The position numbers were made by a program, and so were the translations under genes. The notes below the pieces were generated by a model. That model was not told where the DNA came from. It did no database searches and worked only from the letters and a program-made list of their open reading frames with translations. A stretch of 58,351 nt of DNA from Candidatus Fermentithermobacillaceae bacterium UBA3951 (lineage in GTDB: Bacteria > Bacillota > Sulfobacillia > Fermentithermobacillales > Fermentithermobacillaceae): NCBI GenBank assembly GCA_002385465.1, contig DGDN01000111.1:12601-70951 (forward strand), written 5' to 3'. The stretch's first letter is position 1. Each line of letters starts with the position of its first letter. Shown here piece after piece: positions 8,039 through 18,530 of the stretch.

Positions 8039-9826
8039 TTAGAAGCTTTCGACCACCTCGTCCACCAATTTCCCGACGTAAGCGACGGCTTCGCGGATGG
8101 GGTCGGGTTTGGTCATGTCCACTCCTGCCATTTTCGCGAGCTCAAGTGGTTTCTTGGTGCCGCCTGCCTTAAGGACGTTTATCCAGCGTTCGGCCGCCGG
8201 GGCGCCTTCTTCGCGGATGGCCTTGGCGACCATTGTGCCGATGGTCAGCCCTGCTGAGTAGCTGTATGGGTACAGGCCCCGGTAGTAGTGAGACTGGCGC
8301 ATCCAGACCATCCTGGCGCCGTCATCGATCTCCACTTCTCCGCCCCAGAACTCATCTAGGATTTCTCCTTGCACGCGGTTTAGGACAGAGGCGGTTATCG
8401 GCTGGCCTTTCTCCGCGAGGGCATAAGTGCGGCGCTGCAGTTCTCCTTCGATGAGGTGTCTTACGAAGTTGTGATGGTAGGTCTTAAGGAACTGCATAAT
8501 GAGCCACCGGCGCTTTCTCTTGTCCTGGCTTTGAGAGAGGATGTAGTCGCCCACCAGCGTCTCATTGCAGGTCGAGGGAGCCTCTATGAAGAACATGGTC
8601 GGTCTCGTGTTGGCGAATGACTGGTAACGTTGGGCGAGGACGCCTTGACCCGCGTGCCCGAGCTCGTGAGCCAGAGTGAGGGCATTTCGCAGGCTGTTGG
8701 TCCAGGTCATGCTGATATACGGGTGGACTCCGTAGACAGAGCTGCAGAAGGCCCCTGTCTGTTTCCCAACGTTGTCCGCCCTGTCTATCCAGCGGTTCTT
8801 GAGCGCGTTGACGACGATCTCGGTGTATTCGGGCCCAAGCACTTTGAGGCCGTTCACGATGATCTCCGAGGCTTCTTCATAGGTTGTGGGCACTTCGTAT
8901 TCCGGGTCGAGCGGGGCTTCTATGTCGCAGTAAAGCATCTTGTCGAGCCCCAGCACTTTCTTTCTGAGACGGGCGTACCTGCGCATGTGGGGGGCAAGTT
9001 CGGTCAAGATGATGTCGTGGAGGTTGTTGTAGATGTCAATGGTGACCTCTTGCCGGTCAAGGAGCATGTGGATGGCCGACGGGTATCCCCTGAGTTTGGC
9101 CATCACGACGTTTTTCTTGACTTCGGTCCCCCATGTAGTCCCATAGGTGTTCTGGTACGCTCTAAGGCGCTCCGCGAACTGGAAGTGAGCGTTGCGCCTC
9201 AAGACCAAGTCGGCGGCACCTTCGTACCGGCCGAAGGACATCGGATGCTTCACACCCTTACTATCTTCCACGGGCTCGAAGGTCATGTCGGCAGTCCGTG
9301 ACCGGCCGTAGATCATTGCCGGGGCGTTTAGCACTTCTCCAAGGGCGGCCAGGGCCATCTCTGTCTCAGGGTGAAGCCTGTGAGGCTTTGACTCTATAAG
9401 CTTTTGGATGGACAGGCGGAAGGGCTCTAGGCCCGGTTCCTCTTCCAGGTACCTCTCCAGCGTGCCTTCGGGAAGGCTCAGGGCCTCCGACTCGACAAAT
9501 GATGTCTCGGCGCGAATCCGGGTGGCCAGGGCCGATGCTCTTCCCGCCATGGCTTGGTTGGCCGGTGACGTGCCGTCTGCCGAATTGTTTAGTGAAGCGT
9601 ATGACGATACCTTTACCAACCTCTTGTGGAGGGCTTCTTGGGCCTTCAAACATTCCAACAGCACTTTCGGACCCTCATGCAGCCGGCCTTTGTACTTGGT
9701 GACCGTCGGGACAAGGTCGGCCACGGCCTTCATCTCTGCCTCCCACGCCTCTACGGAAGGAAAGATGTCTGCAAGGTTCCACGTCATATGGACCGGGACT
9801 TCGGAGCGGGTAAGCTGTCTTGCCAT
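8039..9826 (-). CDS. pepF: Oligoendopeptidase F (M3B)
   Basis: 595 aa with an HELGH zinc motif and PepF-like length. AAGGAGG RBS lies 7 nt upstream of the ATG. Confidence 0.9.
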   Translation of the reverse strand: MARQLTRSEVPVHMTWNLADIFPSVEAWEAEMKAVADLVPTVTKYKGRLHEGPKVLLECLKAQEALHKRLVKVSSYASLNNSADGTSPANQAMAGRASALATRIRAETSFVESEALSLPEGTLERYLEEEPGLEPFRLSIQKLIESKPHRLHPETEMALAALGEVLNAPAMIYGRSRTADMTFEPVEDSKGVKHPMSFGRYEGAADLVLRRNAHFQFAERLRAYQNTYGTTWGTEVKKNVVMAKLRGYPSAIHMLLDRQEVTIDIYNNLHDIILTELAPHMRRYARLRKKVLGLDKMLYCDIEAPLDPEYEVPTTYEEASEIIVNGLKVLGPEYTEIVVNALKNRWIDRADNVGKQTGAFCSSVYGVHPYISMTWTNSLRNALTLAHELGHAGQGVLAQRYQSFANTRPTMFFIEAPSTCNETLVGDYILSQSQDKRKRRWLIMQFLKTYHHNFVRHLIEGELQRRTYALAEKGQPITASVLNRVQGEILDEFWGGEVEIDDGARMVWMRQSHYYRGLYPYSYSAGLTIGTMVAKAIREEGAPAAERWINVLKAGGTKKPLELAKMAGVDMTKPDPIREAVAYVGKLVDEVVESF

Positions 9827-9914
9827 TTCGATCCTCCTTTGACTGACCGGGGTTATCTGGATATTTCTAGAGGCGAAGTGTTATTCCTTCAAATTCCAGA
9901 AGGAAAGACACCCG

Positions 9915-11339
9915 GTGACAAACGGACAAAAGAAGGGTATTATTGCGGTTACATTGAATATCATTAGGCAGACGTTCGATACATGTTTTGGTGAGTTTAT
10001 TGAAGTAACTACGGATGGTGATGATGGGTTGGATGACCCTGGAGGTAGTCCCTACTTATTAGCGGTATTGTGGCTACTCTTGTCTGCGTTTTTTTCAGGT
10101 TCTGAGAGCGCCCTGTTCTCCTCGGATTATATTAAGCTCAAGAGCAGGTTCGGAAACCACAAAAATCTAGAGCGAGTGCTGGATCTTAAGGACAACTCAC
10201 AGGCAGTACTCTCCAGCCTGCTATTGGGCAATACACTGGTTAATGTGCTGTTTGCCTCCTCTCTGGCCGCCATATGCCTTGCGAAGCTCAACCTCTGGAG
10301 GAGCGCTATCGATCTGGTCGCCACATTGACCGGTACGTTCCTCGTACTCGTTTTCGGAGAAATCACGCCGAAACTTGTGGCGGGCGCTGATCCCGAAGGC
10401 TTCGCCATTAGGCTGTCGCCGCTCTTTTCCTTCCTAAACTCCCTCATGAAGCCCTTTGCCAAGGGCCTTGAAAGGAGCGCTTCGTATATCACCGACCGGA
10501 TGCCCGGCTTGGAGAAAAGACGCGAGGAGATAACCGAGGCGAGGCTGTACGCGGCCGTGGATTACGTGGAGAACTCAGGCGCCATTCGAAACGACGAGAA
10601 AGAGATGATTATCGGAGTAATCGAGACGAAAGAGCTTGAGGCTGTGGACGTCATGGTGCCGAGACCCAGGATGATCGCCCTGCAAGAAGACCGAACGGCC
10701 TTCGACGCTTTGAACGTGATGCTCAACTACGGGGTCTCGAGGATTCCCCTCTTTTCCGAGTCCCGGGACAACATTACGGGGATCGTCAGCCTCAAGGACA
10801 TATTGTCCGCAGAAGCTAAGGACGCCGGATCTTGGCAGGAGATGTTGCGTAGTAGGACGGCCCGGTCTTTTGCCACACCCCCGCATTTCGTGCCGGAAGG
10901 CAAGGGAGTCTCGGACCTCCTAAGAGAGATGAAGTCATTGGGTATTCACATGAGCATAGTAGTGGACGAGTTTGACGGCGTATCGGGCCTTGTCACACTG
11001 GAAGACCTGCTTGAGGAGATCGTGGGCGACATCAACGACGAATACGACCCTAAAGACCAGTCCGCCTACGAGTTGGGAGAAGGTGTATGGCAGGTACCGG
11101 GGCATATGAGCCTCTCAGACCTGGAGTCCCTCATAGATCTTGACGTTGAGGTAGAGGACTGTGATTCGGTGGCGGGCGTGGTTATGGAGTGCCTTGATCG
11201 CGTACCGCTGCCCGGCGATTCGTTTACCCTGGATGATCCCCCGCTTTCCTTTGAGGTTAAGGAAGTGGAGGGGCCAAGGATCAAAAAAGTGATTATCCGC
11301 AGAAGAGATACAGAGGTGTCTTCAAAAGATGGAAAGTGA
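9915..11339 (+). CDS. CNNM/CorC-HlyC family transporter (DUF21 + CBS pair + CorC_HlyC)
   Basis: N-terminal TM region with SGSESALFS, a CBS pair, and a C-terminal CorC_HlyC-like domain. The start is uncertain: GTG 9915, or a later in-frame TTG near 10028. Confidence 0.8.
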   Translation: MTNGQKKGIIAVTLNIIRQTFDTCFGEFIEVTTDGDDGLDDPGGSPYLLAVLWLLLSAFFSGSESALFSSDYIKLKSRFGNHKNLERVLDLKDNSQAVLSSLLLGNTLVNVLFASSLAAICLAKLNLWRSAIDLVATLTGTFLVLVFGEITPKLVAGADPEGFAIRLSPLFSFLNSLMKPFAKGLERSASYITDRMPGLEKRREEITEARLYAAVDYVENSGAIRNDEKEMIIGVIETKELEAVDVMVPRPRMIALQEDRTAFDALNVMLNYGVSRIPLFSESRDNITGIVSLKDILSAEAKDAGSWQEMLRSRTARSFATPPHFVPEGKGVSDLLREMKSLGIHMSIVVDEFDGVSGLVTLEDLLEEIVGDINDEYDPKDQSAYELGEGVWQVPGHMSLSDLESLIDLDVEVEDCDSVAGVVMECLDRVPLPGDSFTLDDPPLSFEVKEVEGPRIKKVIIRRRDTEVSSKDGK

Positions 11340-12456
11340 CATACCGCTTTGGGCGGTCGGTCTTCGCCTGGTCTTGTTTTTCGCATCGTTCCTGATTGTA
11401 GGGTTTTTTGCAGCGTCTGAGACTGCGTTCCTTTCCATGGACAAGTGGGCGGTAGAAGGCCTAAAGGATGAAGACCGGAGAGCCAAGGTCTTGAGCGATC
11501 TGGAGAAAGACTTCAGGAACACGACTTCGGCACTCCTTATCGGGACCAACGTGTTCACCGTCCTCTCGTCCGTAATGGCTGCGTCTTTGGCGGATATACT
11601 GGCGTTCAATGAGACCCTCAGGAACGCGGTGTTGCCCCTCGCGATAACCGCCCTTATGTTCTTCTTCAGCCAGCTGGTCCCCAAGACTTACGCTTCGAGA
11701 TCGCCGACCGAGATGGCGCTGGCGGTAGCACCGGTCCTCTCGGTGATCTCACGGGTCCTCAGGCCGGTATCCAGCATATTGTCGCTGGGGCCCCACTTGT
11801 TGGCGCAATCGGTGGGAGAAAGCGCAAGAAGCGTAGAGTCGATCTCCGACGAGCCTGTTCGGCTGGCCGTAGACTTGGCCGCAGAGGAAGGCCAGGTTGA
11901 CAAAGATGCCGGTGAGGTCATTGTCGGAGTGTTGGATTCCTCAGACATCAGGGTCTCTGACATAATGGTTCCCCTCCCAAGCGCATTCGTCTTTGAAGAA
12001 AACACCAGAGTAAAGGACGCTCTAAACCAATTGCGCGCGCATCGCTTCAGCCGGGTTCCCGTAGTAGACGGGGGCGGAGAAGTGGTCGGGCTTGTCTACA
12101 TGAAGGACGTCCTGAGGCAGGTCATGAAAGAGCCCGATTGCCGGAAGAACGTACGCGATATTATGAGAAAGCCCCTCCGGGTTTCCCCTTCAGACAGCGT
12201 CCTGGATGTCCTTGGGCCCATGCGCAAAGACAGGATACACCTTGCCGTGGTTGTCGACGGAGAGCATACCGTTGGAATAGTGACCCTTGACGACGTCCTT
12301 GAGGAGATAGTGGGGGACATGCCGGACACGGCCGTGGGGAGGGTACTATCAAAGAAGGCGCCCTATGAGGAGCCACATGATATGAAGAGAGTCGTGAGCG
12401 GCCTTCAGGAGTCGGACGCCTTCGATGCTGTGGGACTAAACGAACTTGACCGGTAA
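11329..12456 (+). CDS. CNNM-family paralogue (DUF21 + CBS pair) lacking the CorC_HlyC C-terminal domain
   Basis: Motif ASETAFLS plus a CBS pair ending LEEIVGD. It overlaps the upstream paralogue by 11 nt. Confidence 0.8.
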   Translation: MESDIPLWAVGLRLVLFFASFLIVGFFAASETAFLSMDKWAVEGLKDEDRRAKVLSDLEKDFRNTTSALLIGTNVFTVLSSVMAASLADILAFNETLRNAVLPLAITALMFFFSQLVPKTYASRSPTEMALAVAPVLSVISRVLRPVSSILSLGPHLLAQSVGESARSVESISDEPVRLAVDLAAEEGQVDKDAGEVIVGVLDSSDIRVSDIMVPLPSAFVFEENTRVKDALNQLRAHRFSRVPVVDGGGEVVGLVYMKDVLRQVMKEPDCRKNVRDIMRKPLRVSPSDSVLDVLGPMRKDRIHLAVVVDGEHTVGIVTLDDVLEEIVGDMPDTAVGRVLSKKAPYEEPHDMKRVVSGLQESDAFDAVGLNELDR

Positions 12457-12496
12457 GATGCAGGTCTTCCTGTGAAATTGTCGAATATGAAACCTC

Positions 12497-13957
12497 ATGT
12501 CTCGAGAAACTGAACGTCCTACTGTTCTTATCAGGTGGCTGCCGTACGTCCCGGTGGCGGGATTGGCTCTTCCCCTCGGCATAGCCATAGCCATGCACCT
12601 CCCGTTGTACTGGGCTATGGCCGCAGGTTCGGTGATCGCGGCGATATCGGCTGCAGTATATATGTCTCCTGCGCCTTCTCAAGATGGGCACGTGTGTGGC
12701 GAAGAAGGCACGGCCGCCGGTTCACTTCCTTTCCAGATATCCCGCTACGCCTTGAAGGGAGTCTCCCGTATAACCAACGTTGTGGTCTTGATCCTCCTGG
12801 TAAACGCGATGACCGCGGTATGGTTTTCGTCGGGCACCATACAGAGCATGGTGTATTACGGCCTTCTTGTGATGAGCCCGGGGCAGGTCATGGCTGCGGG
12901 ACTCGTTATTTCGACAATCGTATCTATGATGCTCGGGAGTTCCGTAGGCACGGTAGCCACCGTAGGGGTAGCGGTCTTGGGCATTGCCAAAGCGCTCGGC
13001 CTCCCTCAGGCTCCCGTCGCAGGGGCCATCATGTCGGGTGCAGTCTTTGGAGACCGGGTTTCTTTCCTTTCACCCATCTTCCACCTGGCGGTCGACTTCA
13101 CGGGCTCGGACAGGGAGAAAGCATCGAAACGCTTACTCACGACGGGCATTCTTGCTTGGGTGGCGGCGCTCCTTGCCTACTTGGCCATGGGGTATTCTCT
13201 GGGATCTAGTGTCGCAGGCGAGGGTTTCATAGTGCGCGATACGTACCTCGGCCTGCTTTCGCAGTCGGCCCGGGTCGGTTTCTGGGCGCTCCTCCCTCCC
13301 GTAGTGGTCATGCTGCTCGCCGCGAAGAAAGTGCCCGTGAGGCTGTGCCTCATAGCGGGCCTCCTTTCCGGAGTGCTGGTTGCGGTCGTCTATCAGGGAG
13401 AAAGTCTCCTCCCGGTGCTCCGCTCGGCCCTTTTCGGTTATCACCGGGAAGCGGGTGCAGGGGAGCTTTCAAAGCTGCTTCGGAGCGGCGGCATTGCGGG
13501 GACGAGAGATATGATCCTGCTCCTTGGCTTTGCAGGAGTGTATACGGGGATAACCGAGCTTTCAGGCATGATGGAGGAAGCCGTCCGTCCGGTGGTGCGC
13601 CATATAAAGAAGAGGCTCATGTTTCTCACGGCGGCTATGTGCGTGAGCGTATTCTCTGCGGCTTTCGCCTCCAACCAGGCCATGTCGGTTATACTTCCGG
13701 CAAGGCTTTTGGAGGGCAAACGGAAGGAAACCGGCACATCCCGCGAGGATTTCGCCGGTGCATTGTCTGACTCCGGAGTGGCCGCGGCCGCAGTAATCCC
13801 GTGGAACGTTATGGCGGCGATCTGTGCCCAGTCGTTACAGGTACCCCCCCTGGTTTACGCTCCCTACGCGTTCTTTCTCTTGGCCCTCCCCGTAGCGGGC
13901 CTCGTGTATGCCTCTTACTCCGAGAGGAAAAGGGGTACTCAAGGCGCTCTCACCTAA
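12497..13957 (+). CDS. nhaC: NhaC-family Na+/H+ antiporter-like membrane protein
   Basis: 486-aa polytopic ORF. GSSVGTVATVGVA...AGAIMSGAVFGDRVSFLSP resembles the NhaC signature. Confidence 0.65.
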   Translation: MSRETERPTVLIRWLPYVPVAGLALPLGIAIAMHLPLYWAMAAGSVIAAISAAVYMSPAPSQDGHVCGEEGTAAGSLPFQISRYALKGVSRITNVVVLILLVNAMTAVWFSSGTIQSMVYYGLLVMSPGQVMAAGLVISTIVSMMLGSSVGTVATVGVAVLGIAKALGLPQAPVAGAIMSGAVFGDRVSFLSPIFHLAVDFTGSDREKASKRLLTTGILAWVAALLAYLAMGYSLGSSVAGEGFIVRDTYLGLLSQSARVGFWALLPPVVVMLLAAKKVPVRLCLIAGLLSGVLVAVVYQGESLLPVLRSALFGYHREAGAGELSKLLRSGGIAGTRDMILLLGFAGVYTGITELSGMMEEAVRPVVRHIKKRLMFLTAAMCVSVFSAAFASNQAMSVILPARLLEGKRKETGTSREDFAGALSDSGVAAAAVIPWNVMAAICAQSLQVPPLVYAPYAFFLLALPVAGLVYASYSERKRGTQGALT

Positions 13958-14084
13958 GCGGTTTTCTTCCGCCCGGCGAAGCTTTCGCCTTATGTGGTAA
14001 GTTTCTTGCAGGAGCTTTGGCCGTGTGGGCGAACCACTGAACAAACAGGCCAACGAACAAACTGAAAGTTAGGGAGCGGTTTAA

Positions 14085-15029
14085 ATGAAAATCCTCGCAA
14101 CTCGTCCGTGGGATGACTGGGAGAAGGAAGCCATCTTGAAAGCCGTGGAAGACGCTGAGTTTCTGGAGATGGGACCGGATGGAGACGTTGAAGACCTTGT
14201 AAACGAAGCGGAAGTGCTTTACGGATTTCCCGATATCCCTATGAGCGTCATCGCACGGTCAAAGACATTGCGCCTCATGCACGTGCAGTCCACGGGCGTG
14301 GACCGTTTTGCGCCGGCCCTCATAGACTCTCCAATCATATTGACCAACAGCAGGGGAGTACACGCCAAACCCGTGGCCGAACATGCAGTAGCTCTCATGA
14401 TGGCGCTTTCCTACAACTTTCGGGCCCATACCAAGATGCAGGAAGGACGTTCTTGGAAAGACCCGGGTATCGACAGGTTGGAGGGTAAGGTGGCCGGGCT
14501 ACTTGGGCTCGGGGCCATAGGAGAAGAAATCGCCCGTAAGTGCAAGGCCTTTGATATGGAGGTCATAGGGATCCGCAGAGACGTTTCGCGGCCGGTCCCA
14601 GAAAGCGTCGACAGGGTATACGGCATAGACGAAATGACTCGAGTTATGGCGGAGTCCGACTACGTGCTGTGCTCGCTGCCCTTGACCCGCGAGACGGCAT
14701 CGTGTGTGAGGTACGAGCACTTTGCCGCGATGAAGCCTACGGCTTTTTTCATAAACGTCGGTAGGGGTCCCGTGGTGAACGAAGCCGGGCTTATCCGGGC
14801 CCTCAGGGAAGGTAAACTGAAAGGCGCCGGTCTGGACGTGTTCGATACCGAGCCGCTCCCTCCCGAAAGCCCCCTTTGGAAGATGGAGAACGTCGTGATT
14901 ACGCCGCATACCGGCGGCAAGTCTCCGGAGAACAGAAAGCGTAGTCTGGCAATCCTCGTCGAGAACCTACGCAGGCTTCGAGATGGAAAACCGCTTATCA
15001 ACGTGGTCGATAAAGCCCTCGGTTACTGA
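14085..15029 (+). CDS. D-isomer-specific 2-hydroxyacid dehydrogenase family, NAD-binding
   Basis: GLLGLGAIGEEIA Rossmann motif and the C-terminal VITPHTGG catalytic-His region. Confidence 0.85.
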   Translation: MKILATRPWDDWEKEAILKAVEDAEFLEMGPDGDVEDLVNEAEVLYGFPDIPMSVIARSKTLRLMHVQSTGVDRFAPALIDSPIILTNSRGVHAKPVAEHAVALMMALSYNFRAHTKMQEGRSWKDPGIDRLEGKVAGLLGLGAIGEEIARKCKAFDMEVIGIRRDVSRPVPESVDRVYGIDEMTRVMAESDYVLCSLPLTRETASCVRYEHFAAMKPTAFFINVGRGPVVNEAGLIRALREGKLKGAGLDVFDTEPLPPESPLWKMENVVITPHTGGKSPENRKRSLAILVENLRRLRDGKPLINVVDKALGY

Positions 15030-15093
15030 GGAGAGGGACCGGGATTAGGCGGTGACCTCGCGGTAACCGGGCATTGATTGGAGATGAAGTGAA

Positions 15094-16245
15094 GTGGTTT
15101 CGGAGAAAAGACTCTTGGAGCTCTTAAAGAGCCTCATACGCATCCAATCGGTGAACCCGGATCTCACCCCGGGAGGGAACGGTGAAGAGGAGATTGCACG
15201 GTTCATAGGCAGTTACATGGAGTCTGTGGGACTTCTTGTCCGGTACCAGGAAGTAGCACCTGGCCGGCTTAATGCCATTGGAGTGCTTAAAGGCACGGGC
15301 GGCGGACGGAGCCTCATGTTGAACGGCCATATAGACACCGTGGATGTTGAGGGTATGACCATAGACCCCCTTGATCCCGTGCTGAAGGGCGACCGCCTTT
15401 ACGGGAGGGGCAGTTTTGACATGAAGGGCGGAGTCGCTGCCATGATAGAGGCAGTTAACGCCGTAGTGGATTCGGGCACCCCTATTAGGGGCGATGTGGT
15501 AATAGCCTGCGTGTGTGACGAGGAGTATGCGAGTATGGGTACCGAGGCGGTCGTGAGGGAATATGTTACCGATGCTGCCATCGTGACCGAACCTACCGCA
15601 AACCGGGTATGCGTCGCGCACAAAGGTTTCGCATGGGCCACGGTCGAGGTAACCGGCAAGGCGGCCCACGGATCGCTGCCATCCGAAGGCGTGGACGCCA
15701 TCATGGGCGCAGGCAAGTTCCTGTCTCAGCTGGACCTCTATGCCAGGGAGACGCTGGCTGCAAGAAAGCATCCCCTTCTCGGTTCGCCGTCTGTGCACGC
15801 CTCGCTCATCGAAGGGGGGTCGAACCTTTCGACCTATCCTTCCCGCTGCGTCGTAAAGCTCGAGCGCCGCACGGTACCGGGTGAAGGCAGAGAAACCGTG
15901 GAGAGAGAGATAGAGATGGTCCTCCAAGCCGTCAAGGAGAAAGATCCCCAGTTCCAAGCAAGCGCGGATGTTTTCTTCACGAGGCCTCCGTTTGAGGTGT
16001 CCACGGACGAGCCGGTTGTGCGGGCGGTGAGTGAAGCGGTAAGCGAGACGCTCGGCCGCAAGGTTGAGTACGTCGGAAGCCACCCGTGGCTTGACTCGGC
16101 GATCTTGGCCGGCGCCGGAGTACCTACCGTGATCTTAGGACCCGATGGATACGGCGCCCACGGCGCCGTTGAGTATGTCCATTTCCCGTCCGTAGTCGAC
16201 ACGGCCAGAGTGCTCTTTTCGGCGATATCTAAGATAGCGGGCTAA
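15094..16245 (+). CDS. M20-family metallopeptidase (ArgE/DapE-like deacylase)
   Basis: M20 metal-ligand motifs GHIDTV, GRGSFDMKGG and CDEEYASMG. GTG start. Confidence 0.8.
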   Translation: MVSEKRLLELLKSLIRIQSVNPDLTPGGNGEEEIARFIGSYMESVGLLVRYQEVAPGRLNAIGVLKGTGGGRSLMLNGHIDTVDVEGMTIDPLDPVLKGDRLYGRGSFDMKGGVAAMIEAVNAVVDSGTPIRGDVVIACVCDEEYASMGTEAVVREYVTDAAIVTEPTANRVCVAHKGFAWATVEVTGKAAHGSLPSEGVDAIMGAGKFLSQLDLYARETLAARKHPLLGSPSVHASLIEGGSNLSTYPSRCVVKLERRTVPGEGRETVEREIEMVLQAVKEKDPQFQASADVFFTRPPFEVSTDEPVVRAVSEAVSETLGRKVEYVGSHPWLDSAILAGAGVPTVILGPDGYGAHGAVEYVHFPSVVDTARVLFSAISKIAG

Positions 16246-16271
16246 CCGGTTCGAAGGGTAGGTCGGTTTCA

Positions 16272-16667
16272 ATGGCCGCTCACAGAATAGGCGTGGATAT
16301 CGTGCCCGTAGGCCGGATAAGGCGGAGCCTTGAGTCTTTCGGTGACGCTTTTCGAAAGAGGCTCCTCACGCCGGGGGAGTCTGAGTATTGCCGCCGGGGC
16401 CGCGAGCCCGAGAGAGTGGCCGGCAGGGTGGCAGCGAAAGAGGCCGTGATGAAGGTTTTGGGGCTGGGATGGCCGGCCATACCGTGGACTTCTATAGAAG
16501 TGCTTCCGGATGAGTCGGGCCGTCCGGCCGTACATCTTACGGGGAAAGCGGCCGAGGCGATGAGCCGGCTGGGGATTATGGCCATCGACGTGTCGATCAC
16601 GCATGACTGCGATGTGGCCATTGCGGCGGCTATCGGTACAGGGCTAGTCCGGGGGGATAAGCTATGA
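16272..16667 (+). CDS. acpS: Holo-[acyl-carrier-protein] synthase
   Basis: 131 aa with N-terminal IGVDIVPVGRI and an AcpS-like fold signature. Confidence 0.85.
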   Translation: MAAHRIGVDIVPVGRIRRSLESFGDAFRKRLLTPGESEYCRRGREPERVAGRVAAKEAVMKVLGLGWPAIPWTSIEVLPDESGRPAVHLTGKAAEAMSRLGIMAIDVSITHDCDVAIAAAIGTGLVRGDKL

Positions 16668-18232
16668 TGTTTTTGGCCAGTTCAGAAGAGATGCGGGACA
16701 TTGACCGGAAGGCCATCCTGGCCGGTATACCCGTTTCCATCCTTATGGAGAACGCGGGCCGGGCTCTCGCCTCTCACGCTTTCGAAATGGCCGCCGAAAG
16801 CCGGGAAGGCGCCGTGGTAGTGCTGGCGGGCCCCGGCCAGAACGGCGGGGACGGACTCAGTGCCGCGAGGCATCTTTCCTCCAGGGGCTTTGGGGTAAAG
16901 GTGGTTCTATTTGCATCTCCCTCACGGATGACTGCCGAAGCCAGGTTGAACCTGGATGCTTTACGGGCCTATCCCGTGGAGATATTCCAGGTGGATGACG
17001 AGACCGGTTTTCAAGACATGCGCGCTCGTCTCGGCCCGGTCACCGTAATTGTGGACGCCCTTCTCGGGACGGGCCAGAAGGGGCCGCCCAGGCCTCCCAT
17101 GGACGAGGCCGTGAAATGGGCCTGTGAGGCAGGAGTTCCGGTCGTGGCATGTGACATCCCCACGGGCGTGGACGCCGATACGGGACACGTCTTCGATCCG
17201 GTTGTCCGGGCGGACGTAACTGTGACAATGGGAGTTCCCAAGCGGGGGCTCTACATCTATCCGGGCGCGAAATTCGCAGGGCGCATAGTAGTTGAACCTC
17301 TGGGATTGCCGCCGTCTCTCCTTGGCGGTCCGTTTCAGGTGTCTGCCGCAACCGTTCAGGACGCCGTAAAGCTTATGCCGCGCAGGGAAGCCGATCACCA
17401 CAAAGGGCTTTCGGGGCACGTGCTTGTAATCGCCGGTTCCACGGGTATGGCCGGTGCCGCGGTACTGGCTGCCAAAGCGGCGCTCCGCGGAGGTGCGGGG
17501 ACCGTAACCCTCCTATGCCCTCGGGAGATATACCCCGTGTGCGCAGGGATGTTGCCCGAAGTGATGGTCCTTTCGGTGTCAGAAGGGGGTTCGTTCTCAA
17601 GCGGAGACGGGGTTATGGCCGTGATCGGAGATTTCCTATCGAAGTCCGGGAGCGTGGTGCTCGGCCCGGGTCTGGGGAGGGGCTCGCGGCAGGAGGCTTT
17701 TGTCAAGGAGTGTGTGGAGCTCATCGCTTCCAAAGGCGTGCCTTCCGTGATTGATGCCGACGGCCTCAACAACCTCTCCGGTTCCGGCGGGCTATCATAT
17801 CTCTCAAGCCTTGAGGGTAAGTTTATCCTGACTCCTCACCCCGGTGAGCTGTCGAGGCTCTTGGGTGTTCAAACTCGTGATATCGAAAGAGACCGGATAT
17901 CTGCAGCGAGAGAGGCAGCGTCGAGAGGGAAAAGTGTCGTGTGTTTGAAGGGAGCCGGGACTTGTGTGGCGAACTCGGTAGGTAGCGTTACCGTAAACAC
18001 CACGGGAGACCCGGCGATGGCTACTGCAGGGTCCGGAGATGTCTTGGCGGGAGTGATCGCTTCCCTAGTATCTCAGGGTCTTCCGCTTTATGAGGCGGCT
18101 TGGCTGGGGGTTCTCTGGCACGGTCTTGCAGGTGAGACAGCTGTGGCGAAAGCCGGGTCGTACGGCGTGCTTGCAGGCGAAATATGCGACTTTTTGCCGG
18201 AAGCCCGCAAGACATTGGTGGGAGGTGAATGA
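16664..18232 (+). CDS. nnr: Bifunctional NAD(P)H-hydrate epimerase/dehydratase
   Basis: YjeF_N motif GPGQNGGDG and C-terminal kinase-like GSGDVLAG. ATGA overlap with acpS. Confidence 0.9.
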   Translation: MMFLASSEEMRDIDRKAILAGIPVSILMENAGRALASHAFEMAAESREGAVVVLAGPGQNGGDGLSAARHLSSRGFGVKVVLFASPSRMTAEARLNLDALRAYPVEIFQVDDETGFQDMRARLGPVTVIVDALLGTGQKGPPRPPMDEAVKWACEAGVPVVACDIPTGVDADTGHVFDPVVRADVTVTMGVPKRGLYIYPGAKFAGRIVVEPLGLPPSLLGGPFQVSAATVQDAVKLMPRREADHHKGLSGHVLVIAGSTGMAGAAVLAAKAALRGGAGTVTLLCPREIYPVCAGMLPEVMVLSVSEGGSFSSGDGVMAVIGDFLSKSGSVVLGPGLGRGSRQEAFVKECVELIASKGVPSVIDADGLNNLSGSGGLSYLSSLEGKFILTPHPGELSRLLGVQTRDIERDRISAAREAASRGKSVVCLKGAGTCVANSVGSVTVNTTGDPAMATAGSGDVLAGVIASLVSQGLPLYEAAWLGVLWHGLAGETAVAKAGSYGVLAGEICDFLPEARKTLVGGE

Positions 18233-18254
18233 CCCGTCTCAGGGGTCAGGAGAG

Positions 18255-18530
18255 TTGGCCGGTTTAAGAAGAGTCGTAGTAGGTTTTACAGAGGAAATGC
18301 TGTCCGGCATCGACAGTCTCGCCCAGGAGACGAACCGGTGCCGTTCGGTGCTGATCAGAGAGGCATGTTCCTTCTATATCGCAGAGAAACGCCGGGCGAT
18401 GCTTCGCGAGCGGATGAAGACGGGCTATATGGAGATGGCTGAGCTGAACCGTGCGCTGGCGGAGGAACTCGGGGCCGATCTTGAAGATCGGGACTTGTCC
18501 GGTGAAGCATGGGTCTGGAGGAAAGCTTGA
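18255..18530 (+). CDS. mazE: RHH/CopG-type antitoxin (MazE/EndoAI-like)
   Basis: GYMEMAELN matches the B. subtilis EndoAI region RRGYMEMAKIN. It lies immediately upstream of mazF. The start is approximate (TTG 18255 or GTG 18225). The ORF-track extension back to 18090 overlaps nnr. Confidence 0.7.
   Translation: MAGLRRVVVGFTEEMLSGIDSLAQETNRCRSVLIREACSFYIAEKRRAMLRERMKTGYMEMAELNRALAEELGADLEDRDLSGEAWVWRKA

Noticed and set aside
18090-18254. Upstream extension of the antitoxin ORF to 146 aa
   Set aside because: The extension overlaps the last 140 nt of nnr in another frame. EndoAI/MazE-type antitoxins are about 90 aa, and plausible starts exist at 18225 and 18255.
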